DNA of 64,000 nucleotides from Hormiphora californensis (Eukaryota; Animalia; Ctenophora), in the NCBI GenBank assembly GCA_020137815.1, contig CM035353.1, positions 8,308,001 to 8,372,000 of the forward strand. The letters run 5' to 3'. Below are positions 24,201-39,200 of this stretch, in pieces. Both the position numbers and the translations under genes were made by a program. The number at the start of each line of letters is the position of its first letter. Position 1 is the stretch's first letter. Below the pieces are notes generated by a model. It did not search any database. It saw only the letters and a list, made by a program, of their open reading frames with translations, and was not told the DNA's origin.

Positions 24201-27200
24201 AAATAACATATTACATTGGGGCCCCGAATCTTCTGTGTAGAGGTAATATTACAAATCCGGGGAACGGGAGCCTCATGGCACCCATCCCTTACTGGCTAGT
24301 GCGAAGCACTAGCCAGCGTCCAGAAGAAGCGTCCAGAAGAAGAAGAATATTACAAATCCAGGACACCATATGCCTACCTGATGAACCATCTGGGCGAGTT
24401 TTAGGGATGGCTTCAGGCTGTCCATTTTGGCTCTCTTCCCATCCAGGATAGACTCAACTTGACTAATCTTGTCGAACACCAACTTGAACACATCCAGTTT
24501 GGCCTGGAAGAAACAGGGTTTTAGTCGCTTTTGGCATCTGGAATGTACAGTTTGTACACGGTGGGAAGATGAAGAACATGATTAGAAATATTTCCATATT
24601 AGCTCGACCTTACTATTTACCTTAATTTCTGATTTAAAGCGATGTTCCATGACAGTATAAAGGTGTAGAAGGTCAATAAAACTGCTCGGATTGACGTAAT
24701 TGTATATGTTTTCAGCACCTTGCTCCCCCTCCCCATCTTGCAGTGCGGTGAGGTGGATAGAGGATGCCAGATTGGACAGCATGACTCGGAAGGTCTTCTG
24801 TTCTGGGCTGTACCTGCAGGATGAGAGAAGGGATGGTAAATAGATGAACGGAAATGTAGAGGTAGGGGGGAGAGCATAAACAGTTATGATAGAGAAAGAT
24901 TGTTCATTTTTGAGTTTACACCCCTCAAAACCGATATATCTCACCTTGTAAGAGTGTAATCAGGGTTCCGCTTCTTTTCATGTTTCTCCAAGAACGTATA
25001 CGCAATCTCACTAAGCGTTTCATTATTCCACAGTGAGTAAAAGTCGATTGAGGTACACTTCTTCAGTAGTACAGGGAAGGAAGAGAACAGTAGGGAGAGG
25101 GATGGTGGTAGCTCACTACCGTCTGTATCTAAAGATAGCACAATGTGAAGGTGTTGTTGGACTCGTTTAAAGAGCACATCCATGTTAACGTTTAGTAGGG
25201 CCTGCTCCTGGTCAGGTCCAGCCTCCTCGATTAGCTTGATGTGGTGCCCTTCAGACAGGAAGAATGCTAGATGAGAGTAGTTCTCCAGGGACCCGTAGTC
25301 CTCAATAAACAGCATGATGGGACTGGTACCAGTACTGAAATGTATAGTATGGGGATTATAATAGGCAAACATTACATATAAGGGGGAAGGGGAAAGCAGG
25401 GTGAACCAGGGGAGAGGGGAGGTATCCTAAAAAAGAGGGGGACTGCAGCTGCAGGTCATATGTCACCTACCCAGCCTCAATAAGAATGTTAGTAAAGGCT
25501 CGTTTGAATTCCTCAGCGGTGTGGGAGCAGGGTAGGTATTGGAACTGGTACTTGTGAGCATGGGCTGTCACTTGTGCTACTATCTTCCTCCCACTACCCT
25601 TTGGTCCTAGCATGATGGAGTGACCACCTGACAGAATGGGGTTGTTAGGGGGTCTGTTGTAAAACTAAGAGATGAGAGATCCTCTATCTTTTAGGCGCTT
25701 TACAATCCTGCACACAGGTGCTATAATATCAATCTGGTCCAGACTCCCCCTGGTTAAAGTTTTCCCGTTATCTAAACAACTCCTCCCCCCACCCCCGTCA
25801 CGAACCTAGTAATATAGAGCGGGATAACCGGGAGGCGTGTTTAGCTTGTTTAGAGAATGTCAGCATGTTGTGATCAGAGCTCATTGTCATCATTATCTCA
25901 TCCAGTCTCTCCTGTAGAAATTATATTCTGCTAACTGCTAAACATTGATTACGTGAAACTAAAATAATGATTTACAGGGTGAACCAAAACGGATTGATCA
26001 TGAGTCTCATGTCTCATATCGAACATAGCAACACATGAACTTATTAACCAATGAACCTGATGGCATAGGACATGCACAGCCTCATTGTGTGACGGAACAC
26101 GTACCTCAATAAGTTTGACAGGTTCCTCTGAGTAGCTGTCAGACCCCGCTAACGTCTTAGTAAACACTAAATCTGATGCTGAACTAATAGGTAGACTCAT
26201 CCTAATATCGTCAATATCTAATAGAGCTGCACTACCATTGTACGTATCCAAATCACACCGTACAATCTCCTCTATCTGGTGAGCTGTATTGCTACTGAGG
26301 TCCGTGGTGAATTCAGCTGATACAGAACCACCATTCTTGGGGCTCCAGGGCTGACAGAAGAACTCTTGGATCGTCTCCATAACCGACCTGAAACACACGA
26401 GGTATGGGTTGCCGGGTTGGAACAATAGTCTGAACAAGCTGAAGTAAGTCAAATAATATCCGAAAATACGTCGAGTGATTTCTTATAGAATATCTGTTGC
26501 GAAACCATAAATCTCAACCTGGCTGATAAAAATTGGCTGGATACTTAGTATAATTGGTCACACTAATTAACACTAATCATTACCGGTAAATGAAGCTGCG
26601 TTTCTCATCAAAATATACCCGATCACTGAAGACCCTCTGGACTTCATGAAACCAAAGATGAACAATATTCCTTACCGATTCACTATCAACCGATTTCTGC
26701 ACTTTCATCCCTGAAAGAGTTCATATCAAAAGTCATGAAATTATTTGAGAGATAACATTCTTTGAGGCATCAATTGACTGTGAGTACAGTACCCATACCT
26801 TGTCGATGTCTATCACCCGCTTGTCCCCCTTTTATTCTCATCTGCCTAAACTTGGAGGCGGGGGAGAGAAGGAAGAAGCCTTGGAAGATCTGTGATAGAG
26901 AGTGGGCATCAAATATGTAGTGGGTTGCCCCGGGTAACGGTTTCAGGGCGTGCTTAATGATCTGGTATACCCGGCAGGTCGCTCCAACCAGAGATAACGC
27001 CAACAGTGACTTGGGACCTGTGAAAGAACAAGTGTGTAGTGCAGTAGTTAGAGAAGGGGAAATGACGGTCATAGATTGCAGTTCTGCTGAAATATTGGAA
27101 ACTTGTGCAAGACTATGATTTAGAATGCAGCAAACCTACCTATGTTATAAGCAGGGAAGTCGTCTAACCAACAGAGAACTATGGGCATGAATATTCCTCT

Positions 27201-30200
27201 CCATTGTAGCTCGTTGGGTGCGTGTAGGGGTAGGAAATTAAAGTGGTTACCCAGTCGGTGGATCATACCGCTCACAGCCACATCACCTGAAATATAGACA
27301 TACTTTATACCTTGGAATGTTGGCCTGGGTGTTAACCAGCTTTAACTAGTCTAGTTACCTCTGCACTACTTCCTCGCTCAATTAGAGATGGTGAGAGGGT
27401 GAGAGAGAGGGTAAGATAGAGGGAAATAAAAAAGTGTCGAGTATTGACCATTATAATTCACGTCGATTCGCAAGGACTCCCTCGCACACTTACCACCCGA
27501 TCCAAGACTGTCCACACTGTTACATGTGAGGAGGAAGTGTACTGATCCAAGGTGCCTGAAAACCTTCCGTTTGAAACTGTACGTCTCCCCACCCGCCATG
27601 ACCTTTCTTAGGATCTCCTGGAGTCCATCCCTTGGCCCTGTGAAGAGATGGAAGATTGATAATAGTATCCAACTAGTTACTAAAGGGACGTGAACGTCTT
27701 TTAACGTTATGAGTTGTGCGAATTATAAAACATATCATTCATCTCTCTCTTAGTAAGAGGGGCTCTCTCATATAATTCTCACGGCTCTTATAACTAGTAA
27801 AATAGTAGCTAGTAAAATATGAGTAGTTAACCCATAGCTCAATACGCAGGCCCTTATAGGGCAGTAACATTTAGCCATCAACATGACGATACCCAATACT
27901 CTTTCTCAAACTAGTTTTGCTAAAAACATAGCAAGAGCACCCCTAGGTCTGTGCCCACCCCCCCCCCCTCCTCCTCCAAAAATACGACCCATCAGGGCTG
28001 GATTACTCACCGTGTGTGGGTATAACATTGAAATCCTCGATCAGAAGAGACAGGTTAGAACTCCCCGTTTTGACTTGTTGTCTTCGTTGGTGCTGAATCA
28101 GCTTACTCTCAATCCTATTCTCCAGCTCCCTCATACTGGACTGGTGTGAGACCTGGGGAGAGGAGGGGATGAAAGAGGGGCGGGGGTGAGGAATCTAGGG
28201 CCACCGAATGGAGGAATTGTTAGAGGTAAAATAGCCAGAGCCAGGGATAGAAAACATATTGCAATAACCTGTAACTTGATAGGATGGAGTTTGGGCAGTG
28301 CACAATTCTGAACGAAGGAACTTTTCCCAGATGCAGAAGGTCCTACAATCACAACCTGAAGGAGGGATGAAATTTACACAATCTAGTGATAAGAACTTCT
28401 GAATGTAAGTAAGTTATTAATATTATGGCTCCAAAACCTGGTTATTTTTACCGTGTAACTGATCAAGTGTTAACTTACCGGTACCCCTGCATTTTGTAGC
28501 AGTTCCGTTAGGTACAGGAGGGTGTCATGGGTTACTGTTGGGGTGAATGACAGAGATAGTTGGGGTTTCACATCTGCAAAGTGCTCCCGCCATAAAATAA
28601 ACCTGGGGGAGGGTGGATTGTAATACTGAGCTGTATCCTGTTCTGTCGAACATGATACCAAACGTAACTCAGGCTTTTTAGTGTGTACCTGCTGGTTTGT
28701 CTGTTTGTACCTGAGTTTGTGAGGATGAATGAACCAATCAAAGACCGTTCCTTCACTTGGAAACTCCACAGTATGATTACACTCTACAATCTGCTGCTTC
28801 ACATACTCGTCAAATAGTACCGCACTTGACTCCGTTAGATTCGCACCAAACGACCAGATATACGCTGAATAAGAACATGATTTATAACCGAGATTTTGGT
28901 TTGGGTGAGTATGATATTTCACGAACTCATTAAATGTTAAATCTACGCTTGAAAAGGAAGGGTTGTTATATTTACCGTGTATAAAGATGAGGACGGTGAG
29001 ATGTATCAGTTCGCTCTCTGTCCTGCCCTTGTCTTGATCAGCGAACTTAGTAAACATGACATTTAGCCATCTTAGCAGTGCTGACACCTGTAACAATCAC
29101 ACGATAAGAACACGATGGATATCCCATGATTATCAACAATAGGAAGATTAGTATTGTTGAATCAGGTTTTTTACTATAGGGGTTTCGGAGTTTTGTTTGA
29201 TGAGACACGTTCTCTACTCAGATAATTGTGATCTGACCCAGCCTATCATGTTACTTTGGGTCTACCTAATCCTCACTTACAGCCTGGGCGTGGTTAGCAT
29301 CAGTATGTATGAGGTATTGAGCGTTCATATCCAGGAACTGAAGAATATGCCCTATAAATGTCTCCATGAGGACTGTTAGAGTAAACACCCGGGATTTTGT
29401 TAGCAGGAACTCCTTCTCAGCTTTCTTTAACCAAGATCTGAAACAGGTAAACAGGATCGTTAGGATGTGGGAACTGGGTATCCACTTCAGAGAATAAGAT
29501 GCAGGGGCTCATGTGTTCTAATCAGCGGCTGGCACATAAAGTCAATGTTATAGTGTTATACCAACTACCAACTGATGTAGCTGACCAATGTCCTACCTGA
29601 ATCGTTGTCTCCAGCCGATAACATTGTTGCTCATTACCACAACACCACATTTTGTAACAAACGAGGGAGAGAGGTCTGCCAGCTTGTCTGTTTCAACAAA
29701 GAACTGAACGTTATCTTTTATCCTGAATATGAAGAGGGATCAGCATTTGATATGGATATTCTCTTGCAGCTGCGTCTTGATAGCATGAGTTGTAACAGAA
29801 AAAAGGGGGTAAAGCAACAAATCGCTAATATATGATATCGGCACCTGATTTGAGAGGAATCAAGGGATGAAATAACTTTATTGCTGATGGCTGTTGATAA
29901 TAGGGACTCCATATAAACTTCCAAGTTGCCATCCAATATCACCCAGTTCTAGAAACACAGAAGGGATTATAACGAGGAAATTGATTTTGCTAGACCCTCT
30001 CTCACCGCGAGTTAGAACATAATGAGGCAATCCTATATTTATCAAACTACAAATCACATGATGTTTCTAACCTGGATATTTCCCTCAACTGCAGTCGGGC
30101 TACCCAGCTTCTTGCACAGATCAATAAACACACCATCATCTGCATCCGATATACCTAGGAAGTGGGAGATAAAGGTAGAGAGAACGATGTTTGATTTACA

Positions 30201-33200
30201 CTTTTCGACTTTGGAAAGAAGGGGGCCCCCGAAAGAAGGTAACACACAATACCAAAATATACAGATAAAAGTGAAGCAAATTGAAACTGTTTCAAACAGT
30301 TACCTGATCCAAGGAAATCAGCGACTGTGTGAGTGTTAACAAACAACCTGAATGTCCTGATCTTTTCAGCTGGGATGGAGTTTTGTAGCGCCTCTAAACT
30401 AACCCCTGACATCACTGAATCCGTACTGGAGAGAAAGGAGAAGTTGTTGAGTGAACGAAATATTAGTATGTACCAGGAATCAGGACTAGGAGGATCGGCG
30501 ATCGTAGCAGGGATCTAATCCTGGCATACCAGAACCCAAAACTATAACACACCGTTTTTCAGGTCGTTGAAGTATGTTGATCAGGGGTTGCTGTGGCTGG
30601 GGTGTTAGGTTGGAGACGAAGGGGGAATTACGGACTTTGGTTCCACCCTCATAGTCACTTTTTAGGGACACCCGCTTACTGTGGGACAGGGACGGGGCCA
30701 CCGAGTTAGCTCGGGATTCCTCCAACTGAAACGAATATTTTCATTATTTTAAACCAAAGACACAAGGATTATTTCTATCCGAAAGATAAAATATTGAATT
30801 TCCCCAGACCTGAATTGGAGTGTTGATAATCGGGACACCGGAAGTGGCACTTTTGAAGATTCTCGTATCCTTAGCTGAAATCCGCACGGCTTCCGTGGCC
30901 TGAGTAAATTGTAATTACACTTACTATCACATGATATTTATAAGTCCAGTAAAAAGTAAACGTAACTTCACATGAAATTCCATTGTTACCTGTCTGGCGG
31001 CGCCAGACCCCCATTTGATTCTCGTGCGACAGTGCGCTTAGATGTGGTCGCGGCGCCAGACAGATTGTTTTGTATTGTTCAACAGCACAAAGAGTGTTAC
31101 CTGCATAAAGTTTATGGCATTGCTAAGCATTTGGAGCATAGTGGTCTTGCCTGTAGCAGTTGATCCTACCAGTAGGACACATTTCCTATTCTGTATTACG
31201 TGGTATAACTCCAGAGTCTGCGGGAATTAGTTGATGCATTAGTAGAGAGGGAGAGAGAGATAGTGTGAGAGTGAGATATCATCAGATAGAGGGCCGGTTA
31301 CCTTCTCAATAAGAACGGGTACTACTTCACACTTGTTGCTTTCGAATTGTTCCAAGACCATTGCTCTGACACGAGGTGGAACATTGATGTTGTACACGTG
31401 CGAAACAGACAGGGGGAACACTTCTTGAAGCACCTAGAAAATGAGAAAATTGTTGAGATAGGAAGAGAACAAAACTAAAATGATCACCGTCATTATGAGT
31501 CACTAAATTAGTTCAACCCTCAGTTGTACCTGTTTCATCAGGCCCCGTTGTTGAGTGGCCAGCATGGGTGTTAGAGCGCTGACAATCGCCTCAATTAGTA
31601 ACCTCTCCTCCTCTATCTGCGTTACTGTTTCTTCCACAGAGGACACTGACACACTACTCAGATTCTCACTGTTTGTATCCTAACGAGAGAGAGAGAGAGA
31701 GAGGGGATCAAAGTTATGTAAATACTTCAGGCAATAAGTAGGTTAAATCAGGGTGTCCCCTTGCCTGGTAGGAATGCTTTTGCCCCCCCCCTGTGTACTT
31801 ACATTTGAAGCGAGGGAGAGGGTAGCGTAGTTTAGAATTGTTTTAACGATGGGTAACGTAAACAAATCAATATCAGACACCTGGGGAACAGTGGGGGATC
31901 AGTCTAACAATCATCATATTTTGAGTGCAGCGACATTTCACATTCTCTTTACCACTCTCTCATTCTCTCTACCCCTCTCTCATTCTCTCTACCCCTCTCT
32001 CATTCTCTCTACCCCTCTCTCATTCTCTCTACCCCTCTCTCATTCTCTCTACCCCTCTCTCATTCTCTCTACCCCTCTCTCATTCTCTCTACCCCTCTCT
32101 CATTCCCTCTACCCCTCTCTCATTCTCTCTACCCCTCTCTCATTCTCTCACGGCCCCCTACCATTGGGTCGAGGTACGTCAGGAAACATGACAACTTGGT
32201 AGTAAGGTGCTCGTATCTTCTGTAACCACTAGAGATGAGTTTAGCTACAATGATCTTCTCAAGCTCTGGCATGACCATCACCATTGAACGACAACACTCC
32301 TAGAGAGAAGGGGGTGTTACCAATATGAGAAATGGGGAGGGGGTAATGTTGTGTGAAGTTCATATTGTTTGTTCTCCAAAAAGGTTTTCTAACCGAGAGA
32401 TTGAAAGGAAGGATTTGGGTTGAGGGAAGGGTCAGGGCGCAGAAGAATGATGAACTGGCAGCAGTTAGTCGCTCTCCAATAGTAATATTTCCCAGAAAGT
32501 TAGGAACCACTCCTCCCACCGGGGGTGAGGGTGCTATTGCCTTGGAAACGGTATCCGGACGACGGTGATGATTCGTCAAGTGGTCCTGGAGTTGGAATAT
32601 TTGAAAAAAGTGGTCAGTCAAAGAAAATATAGATCCGGTTGATAAATTGAATCAGCTGATTCGATATAGGACCGATAAATGAGGGTACAGCGGGTAACCA
32701 GCTAATCAGTTAATTAACATGCCTACCTGGATATCCCTGTTGACCCGTGACACAGGCTCCTGAGAGAAGGACCGAGTCCCATCCACCTGTGATGGGATGG
32801 TAGGGCATGCCCGTTCTCTGTAGATAGGAGCATCCACAAGGGACGTGTAACCGTGGTGGATATTCTGGAGTATCTGACCTAGTTCAGATAATAGCTCACA
32901 TTCCTTAAACATCCTCACCACCAACCAGCACCCTGTAATGGGGGGAGGAGTTCCAGTGAGTAAGAGTGGGGGGGGGGGCAACCTTAATAATCTGTCATTG
33001 GATATGACGATGAGACTTGGAATATTACCTGTCTGTATAAGTCCAGATAGTAGGTCCCCCATTAGGATCGGTTGGAGGGTATCTGAATACTCGACACAAT
33101 ACCGTCCCAGCATCTGAAACAATGACGTCTCCATAGTTACCAGTTCAGTTGCTATGATGTCATGGTTCAGTTGCTATGACAACCTTACAATGTGAACTTA

Positions 33201-36200
33201 CGTTTGCGTAGTCTTTGATGGTTTCAAACTTTCCAGAGTGACTAGGTCCCGTAATGGCGAGGGTATGTCGTAGAGTTATTGCTGATGCTATGCTGCAGTG
33301 GAATGGTGATCGAGTTAGAAACTGGGTACTGAAACTTTGAGTCCCCTGACACTGTGACCGTGCTCCGAATAAAAAGAAAGTATGAACAATTCAACTGAAA
33401 CTATAGCCTCTAATCTAGTATTGTGTCATAGTGTTCTAACCTGTATTGAACACGAAGTGTCCCAGGGGTAACTACCAGGCGCTGGTATCTACCCAGATAC
33501 TCATAATCATAACTCATCTCTGCAGTCAGCTGCCGGACAGTCACGTTCACACAGGGCGACTTTCTCTTCAGTCCATCAGGTGAGAGCCAATCAAATCGAC
33601 CCATTGTTGTTACAGCTTCAAATCGAGCCGTTGCAAGGACATCAAATGTGTTGGGTTTTAGTTGCTCTAGGGAGCGTAGCGCTGGGGGAATGGAGATATT
33701 TTGGAATCAATGACACTCTAAACAAGGATAACAATTGTACTATTTGAAGTAACCGCGGGGGACTAAACCCTAAAACGGCCCTATGGATATACACTGCAAT
33801 AGTGAGACCCACCTTATGCTACGGGGCAATGGTCTGGGCTAATGCAATGCGAACCAAAACAAACAAAGAAAACATGATAAGGGTACAGAGGCTAGCACTC
33901 AAGATGGTAACTGGGGCCATGCCCTCGACGCCATCAACAGCCCTAGACACAATCACAAACACCGCCCCGATCACCGACCATCTGAGGTACTGTGCAGCCA
34001 AAACTGCATACACCCTAATGGCAACGGGAGAATGGGAAGGGCCAATAAAATCAGACCTAAAGACCCCAAAAGTGTTCACTTCGCATGCCAACACGGTATC
34101 ACGTGATCTCAGAACTCTGGAAGCAGAGGGCAGATGTCACGATCTCACAACCCCGGAACTCACCCTAGACAGGGAATTCTCGTTAGAAATCCCAGAAAGG
34201 GAGACGTTTTTGGAGGATGGAGACAAGTACACGATAGTTGCACACACTGATGGGTCAAAAATTAACAACAATGCCGGTGCAGGATACATTATCCACTCTG
34301 GCGAAACAGAGCTTGCTCGAAATTCGTATAACCTAGGCCCCGAAGGAACTGTCCCGGCGGCAGAAATGTATGCCATACAACAGACGGCTCAATATCTCCT
34401 GAATAGGGGAACGGCTAACGAGCGAATACTCATAAACTGTGACAGTCAAGGGACAATAAAGACCCTAGACTCCACGACATGCAGATCAAAAACCACGATA
34501 AAGACTATCAAAAATCTGAACACCCTAGCCATATTCAACGATGTCATGATTAGATGGATCCCGGCCCATCAAGGGTACGATGGAAACGAAATAGCAGACA
34601 TCTTGGCAAAAAGGGGTGCTCAGGAAATCGAAGAAGTTACTCTCATACCAATTCCCAAAGCGGCAGCATATGCAGCCCTCAGGGAGAAGGTTAAAACCGG
34701 ACCCATCAAACAAACCAAACATATGGACATGATGTGGACCGAAAGATATGAGAGACCTCTTCAAAAACTTAATAGAACAGACCTAAGGGCGGCGACACAC
34801 CTACTCACAGGGCACTGCCACCTTAACTACCACATGAAAAAATTAAAAAAAGTCGAGACCACAACCTGTGCAGCATGTGGGATGGAAGACGAGACAATAA
34901 AGCATGTACTTACTGAATGCCCCGCCCTTTGGAAACTCCGACAGGAATCCTTTGACAGGCTGGGCCTCAGCATGTACGAAATTAGACACCATCAACCCCT
35001 TAGAAAAACGATCTCGTTCTATAAGAAGGCGATGGAGATACTTCACCCCCCTGAAACCACCCCTTAAAGGGAGGTTTCCCCTGTGACCTGGTATGGCACC
35101 AGCTCCCCAAGTCTCCTTGGGCCGAAGCAGTTGGCAACATACCAGCCACACCACCCAGGACGGGGAACGGGAGCCCCATGGCACCCACCCCTTACTGGCT
35201 AGTGCTTCGCACTAGCCAGCGTCCTCCCAGAAGAAGAAGAAGAAGAAGTAACCGCGGCCCTGACTTACAATTGAGAGTGTCCCTTTGTGCGAGTGATTGT
35301 AGGAGGAGGGCCTGAAGGGCGGCACTACGTCGTTCAGTCAGGGGGCACCGTGGTGAGAGCTCTCGAAGGAGGGAAACCATGGCCTCTTGAGCGTTATGGA
35401 GCCAACCACTAGAGGGAGAGAGACAGAGGGGTTAGGCCACGGGGTGTGGGAGAAGGGTTGTTGGACTGAGTAGTAACGAGAACAGGACCTACTTTATTTC
35501 GCTGTAAGATATTCTCTGCATTGTCCACTGTCTCAGCTTCACAGAGAACGCCACGTTATGGGTAGTCAGTATACACTGCAACGATACATATTGATACTCG
35601 GGGGAAGAACTCGGGGGAAGAAGTCGTGGCAAAATGGGAGTATTAATCCGAATCAAGGATCCGAATCGAAGACCAGAGCCTCTGATGAGCAATGACCTAC
35701 CTGATATGGGAAGTCGGTGACGAGGCTGAGAAGGCATCCCTCCCTATTGATATAATCCCGGAATGCACCGTCCGTACTAACAGGGTCAGACAGGACAGCT
35801 GTGGAGGGTAGCCCACATTTAACCTGGGGTAGGAATTAGGAATTAGGGTTACATGGGTTATATTGTGAGAGGTCATTGTTTGGCCATTGTCTATTTCGTA
35901 GACCTAACCCTAACAATAATATTCTAACCAACACACATTATATTCCCCACATATTCCCTACAACTACCTCAGTTTGTTCGACAGTAAGGAGGGAGTAGTA
36001 CAGCATACTATTGAGTGTCTCCTGTATAACACCCTGTAGTTGTGGCAGCCAGGTTACCAGGTGGGATGTCAGGGGAACAGGAGTGAGAAGGGGTACTATC
36101 TCTCCACCAACACCGTGAATTTCAGTTATCTTGGGCGCTGGAAAGACTAGAGGGTTAGTGTTAGAGCGGGTTTCGTGTTCATGTAGAAACTGCGAAAGAA

Positions 36201-39200
36201 GCAGCTTGATCTGGTCGAGGACCTCTCCAAGTAAAATAAAAAGTATTTGGTTAAATTTTTCAAACCCCAGCTCACCCATAGAGGGACTATGCCCATATAT
36301 GGGCACCAGCTGGGATTCCCTATACTTACGATCTTGTTCGTCCATTCGTGGTTCCACAGTAATATCTACTATGTTGGGGAAACACGCCCCGACAATATAC
36401 CTAGCCGTCATTGGGCTGTCTGCGTTGGTGAGCGCGGCTAGCAGCTCGTTATTGCCGACAAAGTTCAAACGGGGCACTTTATCTGTGGAACAAGGTGATA
36501 AGAGTGAGAGAATGGTAATGTGGAACAACAAGAGAAGTGAAAGAGAAACTATGGTACTGGACCCCCCCCCCCCTCCCCGACTCCTCAGCTCCTCCTGGAG
36601 AAAGGGAGGAGTCCATTCAACCATTCGGATAGACATCACTGAACACACCTATCTAGCTAGCTTCTAATACATCACTAGCTAGCGTCTTATGTAATACCTT
36701 TGCTAGCTTGAACAATATCCTCAATCCCATTCAGTAGACTTTCCTGAGTTCTCTGGAGCATTTCCAGTCGGGTAACCAACTTGTCACCCTGTAGCTCTCT
36801 CAGACTCTCCTTTTTCCCAAACAGTGACATCACTAACGGGTCCTCCCATGTTACCAGGAGGAGTTGCTACAAAGGGAGTTGAGTCTTAGTAAGTATCATA
36901 TATACTGAACACTTGACCTGTTCAAACTTAACCAAGGGGTCGATCAAGAAATTACTGAGTGTTTACCCGGAAGTCTCTGTCCATATCCAGATATGCAGCG
37001 GTTTTCTCGTCACCCAGCACCACAAGCTTATTGGCAACGTATGCCTTCACCAGATATAACCACTGAAAAATAGTGTGATAGGGGAGAAAGATGATTATCT
37101 TTAGGGACCTTCTCTAACATGAGACAGTACCCTCGTATCAGTTCGTATTGTAAGGGGTTCCGCCGCTAATGAGCTACACCGAATCATAAGTATGGAGCAG
37201 TACCCTCGTATCAGTTTGCATTTTAAGGCGTTCATTAGCGGCAGAACCACTTACAATGCAAACTGATACGAGGGTCCATTAAAGGGTCGGGCTTCTTCTC
37301 ACCTGCCTACGGCCGGTGGCTCCCTAAACCATAGTATATTTAATCGGCCTGAATGGAAATATTTCCGTCTCTCTCCATCTGCCATCACCCTCTCTCACTT
37401 TCTCTCTCTTTGTCACTGATCTCTATCTCGCCCTATACGTTTAAATGCTTATATTTATATTATATGTATTAATATTTCTGACTTAAACGTTTAAATCTAC
37501 CCCATCGGTAAAAAATCGGTTATGTAGTCAGAGTCTGTATCAATTAAAACCCACATTTTTAGATGTTGGCACAATTTGAGACAATTTTTTGCCATAATTC
37601 AGCCATTATAACATATTTTATTATAATATAATTTCATAATTATATGATTTAAAATATATCTCCGTCTCTCTCTGAAATGCTTTTATATTTAATCGTTTAA
37701 ATCCCCGTCGGTACAAAATGGAGATGTTGGCATCATTCAGCCATTAAAAGTTATATAAAGTCCTTGTGTTGGTACTACGCTTGATATTAGTCACTTTATC
37801 AATATCAACTAAACTAATTAAGCCATTTCTCAACTAATTTCGAAAATCTTGGGCTCATTAAGAGCATGTCGAGATTTTCATAGGACAATTATAATTTTGA
37901 GAAGAGTTTGTATTTATTCTCCTATTAGTTATGGCTCTGTTTGCCGATGGAGGCTTCTCCACCCCTGATATTTATATCGTCATTTACCTCGTGCTCCTCT
38001 CGGCACTCGGCGTCACCCTGAACGGGACAGTGATATACAGAAACATCCGCAAAAAATCCACCATTGCTCGGAATCTCTACCTATCCCTGTTCATCACAGA
38101 CTTCCTGACCTGTTCCACCCTACCCACTTACTTTGCCTACGCCACCTTCACTCCCAAGAATTGGAGATGTTTTGAGGCGGAGAAAGATCCCGAATCTGGG
38201 TATCTTATTAACTGTACCACACACTACTTGTACTTTTGTTGGCCTAACCCAACCATCGGGCAACGTCTCCATGGTAACCTCGTGCGGACAATAGTTACAC
38301 ATCCTTGTCTGGTTACCGGGTGCCTTGCTACGTGCCGCTTTTACCAAATCCGATACCCATTCTCTCGTGTACCATCAAAATACCCCCTCGCTTTCATCAT
38401 CACCACTGCAGTATACAGCCTGGTGTTCAAGGTGGACCTATTGAGGCCTAAAGGGGACGACACGGTGGCTTACTATTTTGTGATCCCCCAGGGGGTCTTT
38501 GAAACTTTAAAGGGTGGACCCTTTACTTCCTTGGGTATAACCTTCAACTCAACTCTAGAGTTGTTCATTGCTTCCAACATCTTCAATGTTCTAGCCCAGT
38601 TAATGGGTCTCATCGCTTCAATCCTCACAATACGTGAACTAATCCTAAACTCAATGAAACAACAAGTGGCTAACCCGGCTTTAGCCCGCTCTGAAAACAG
38701 GAAACGAAGGAGCACAATCATGATCTTGGTGTACAACTTGGGAAGCATCACAACAGTGTGTTCCTGTATTGTCTATTCGATCAACCTACTAACACATGAG
38801 AACCTGGTAGAAATGGCGATCAGGAATCACACACCCTATGATATTCCTATTTCCATTGTACTCACTGCCCTGGCCTATTTCTTGTTTGTCCCCAGCTTCT
38901 GCTCCCTAGTGGATCCCACTGTGTGTATCCTGTTTACACCCAGAGCGGTACCACGGGCCGTGGGTCCACCCCGTGTCGCACCTTAGTGTGTATAGGATTT
39001 TTGGTCTTCGGACCAGGCTATAGCCATGGCTAGAGGCTGGTGACCAAACGGAAACTGAAAACTCCGGCCTTTTTCCTGGCCAGCGAAGCCGGATTTTCAG
39101 TGAACTCTGAACTATATTTGACAATGAGGGACTAATTGACAGTGGTGCTTGTAGTGGCACTGGCAATACGGTACTTTGCGGAACAATCTTCACGGACAGC

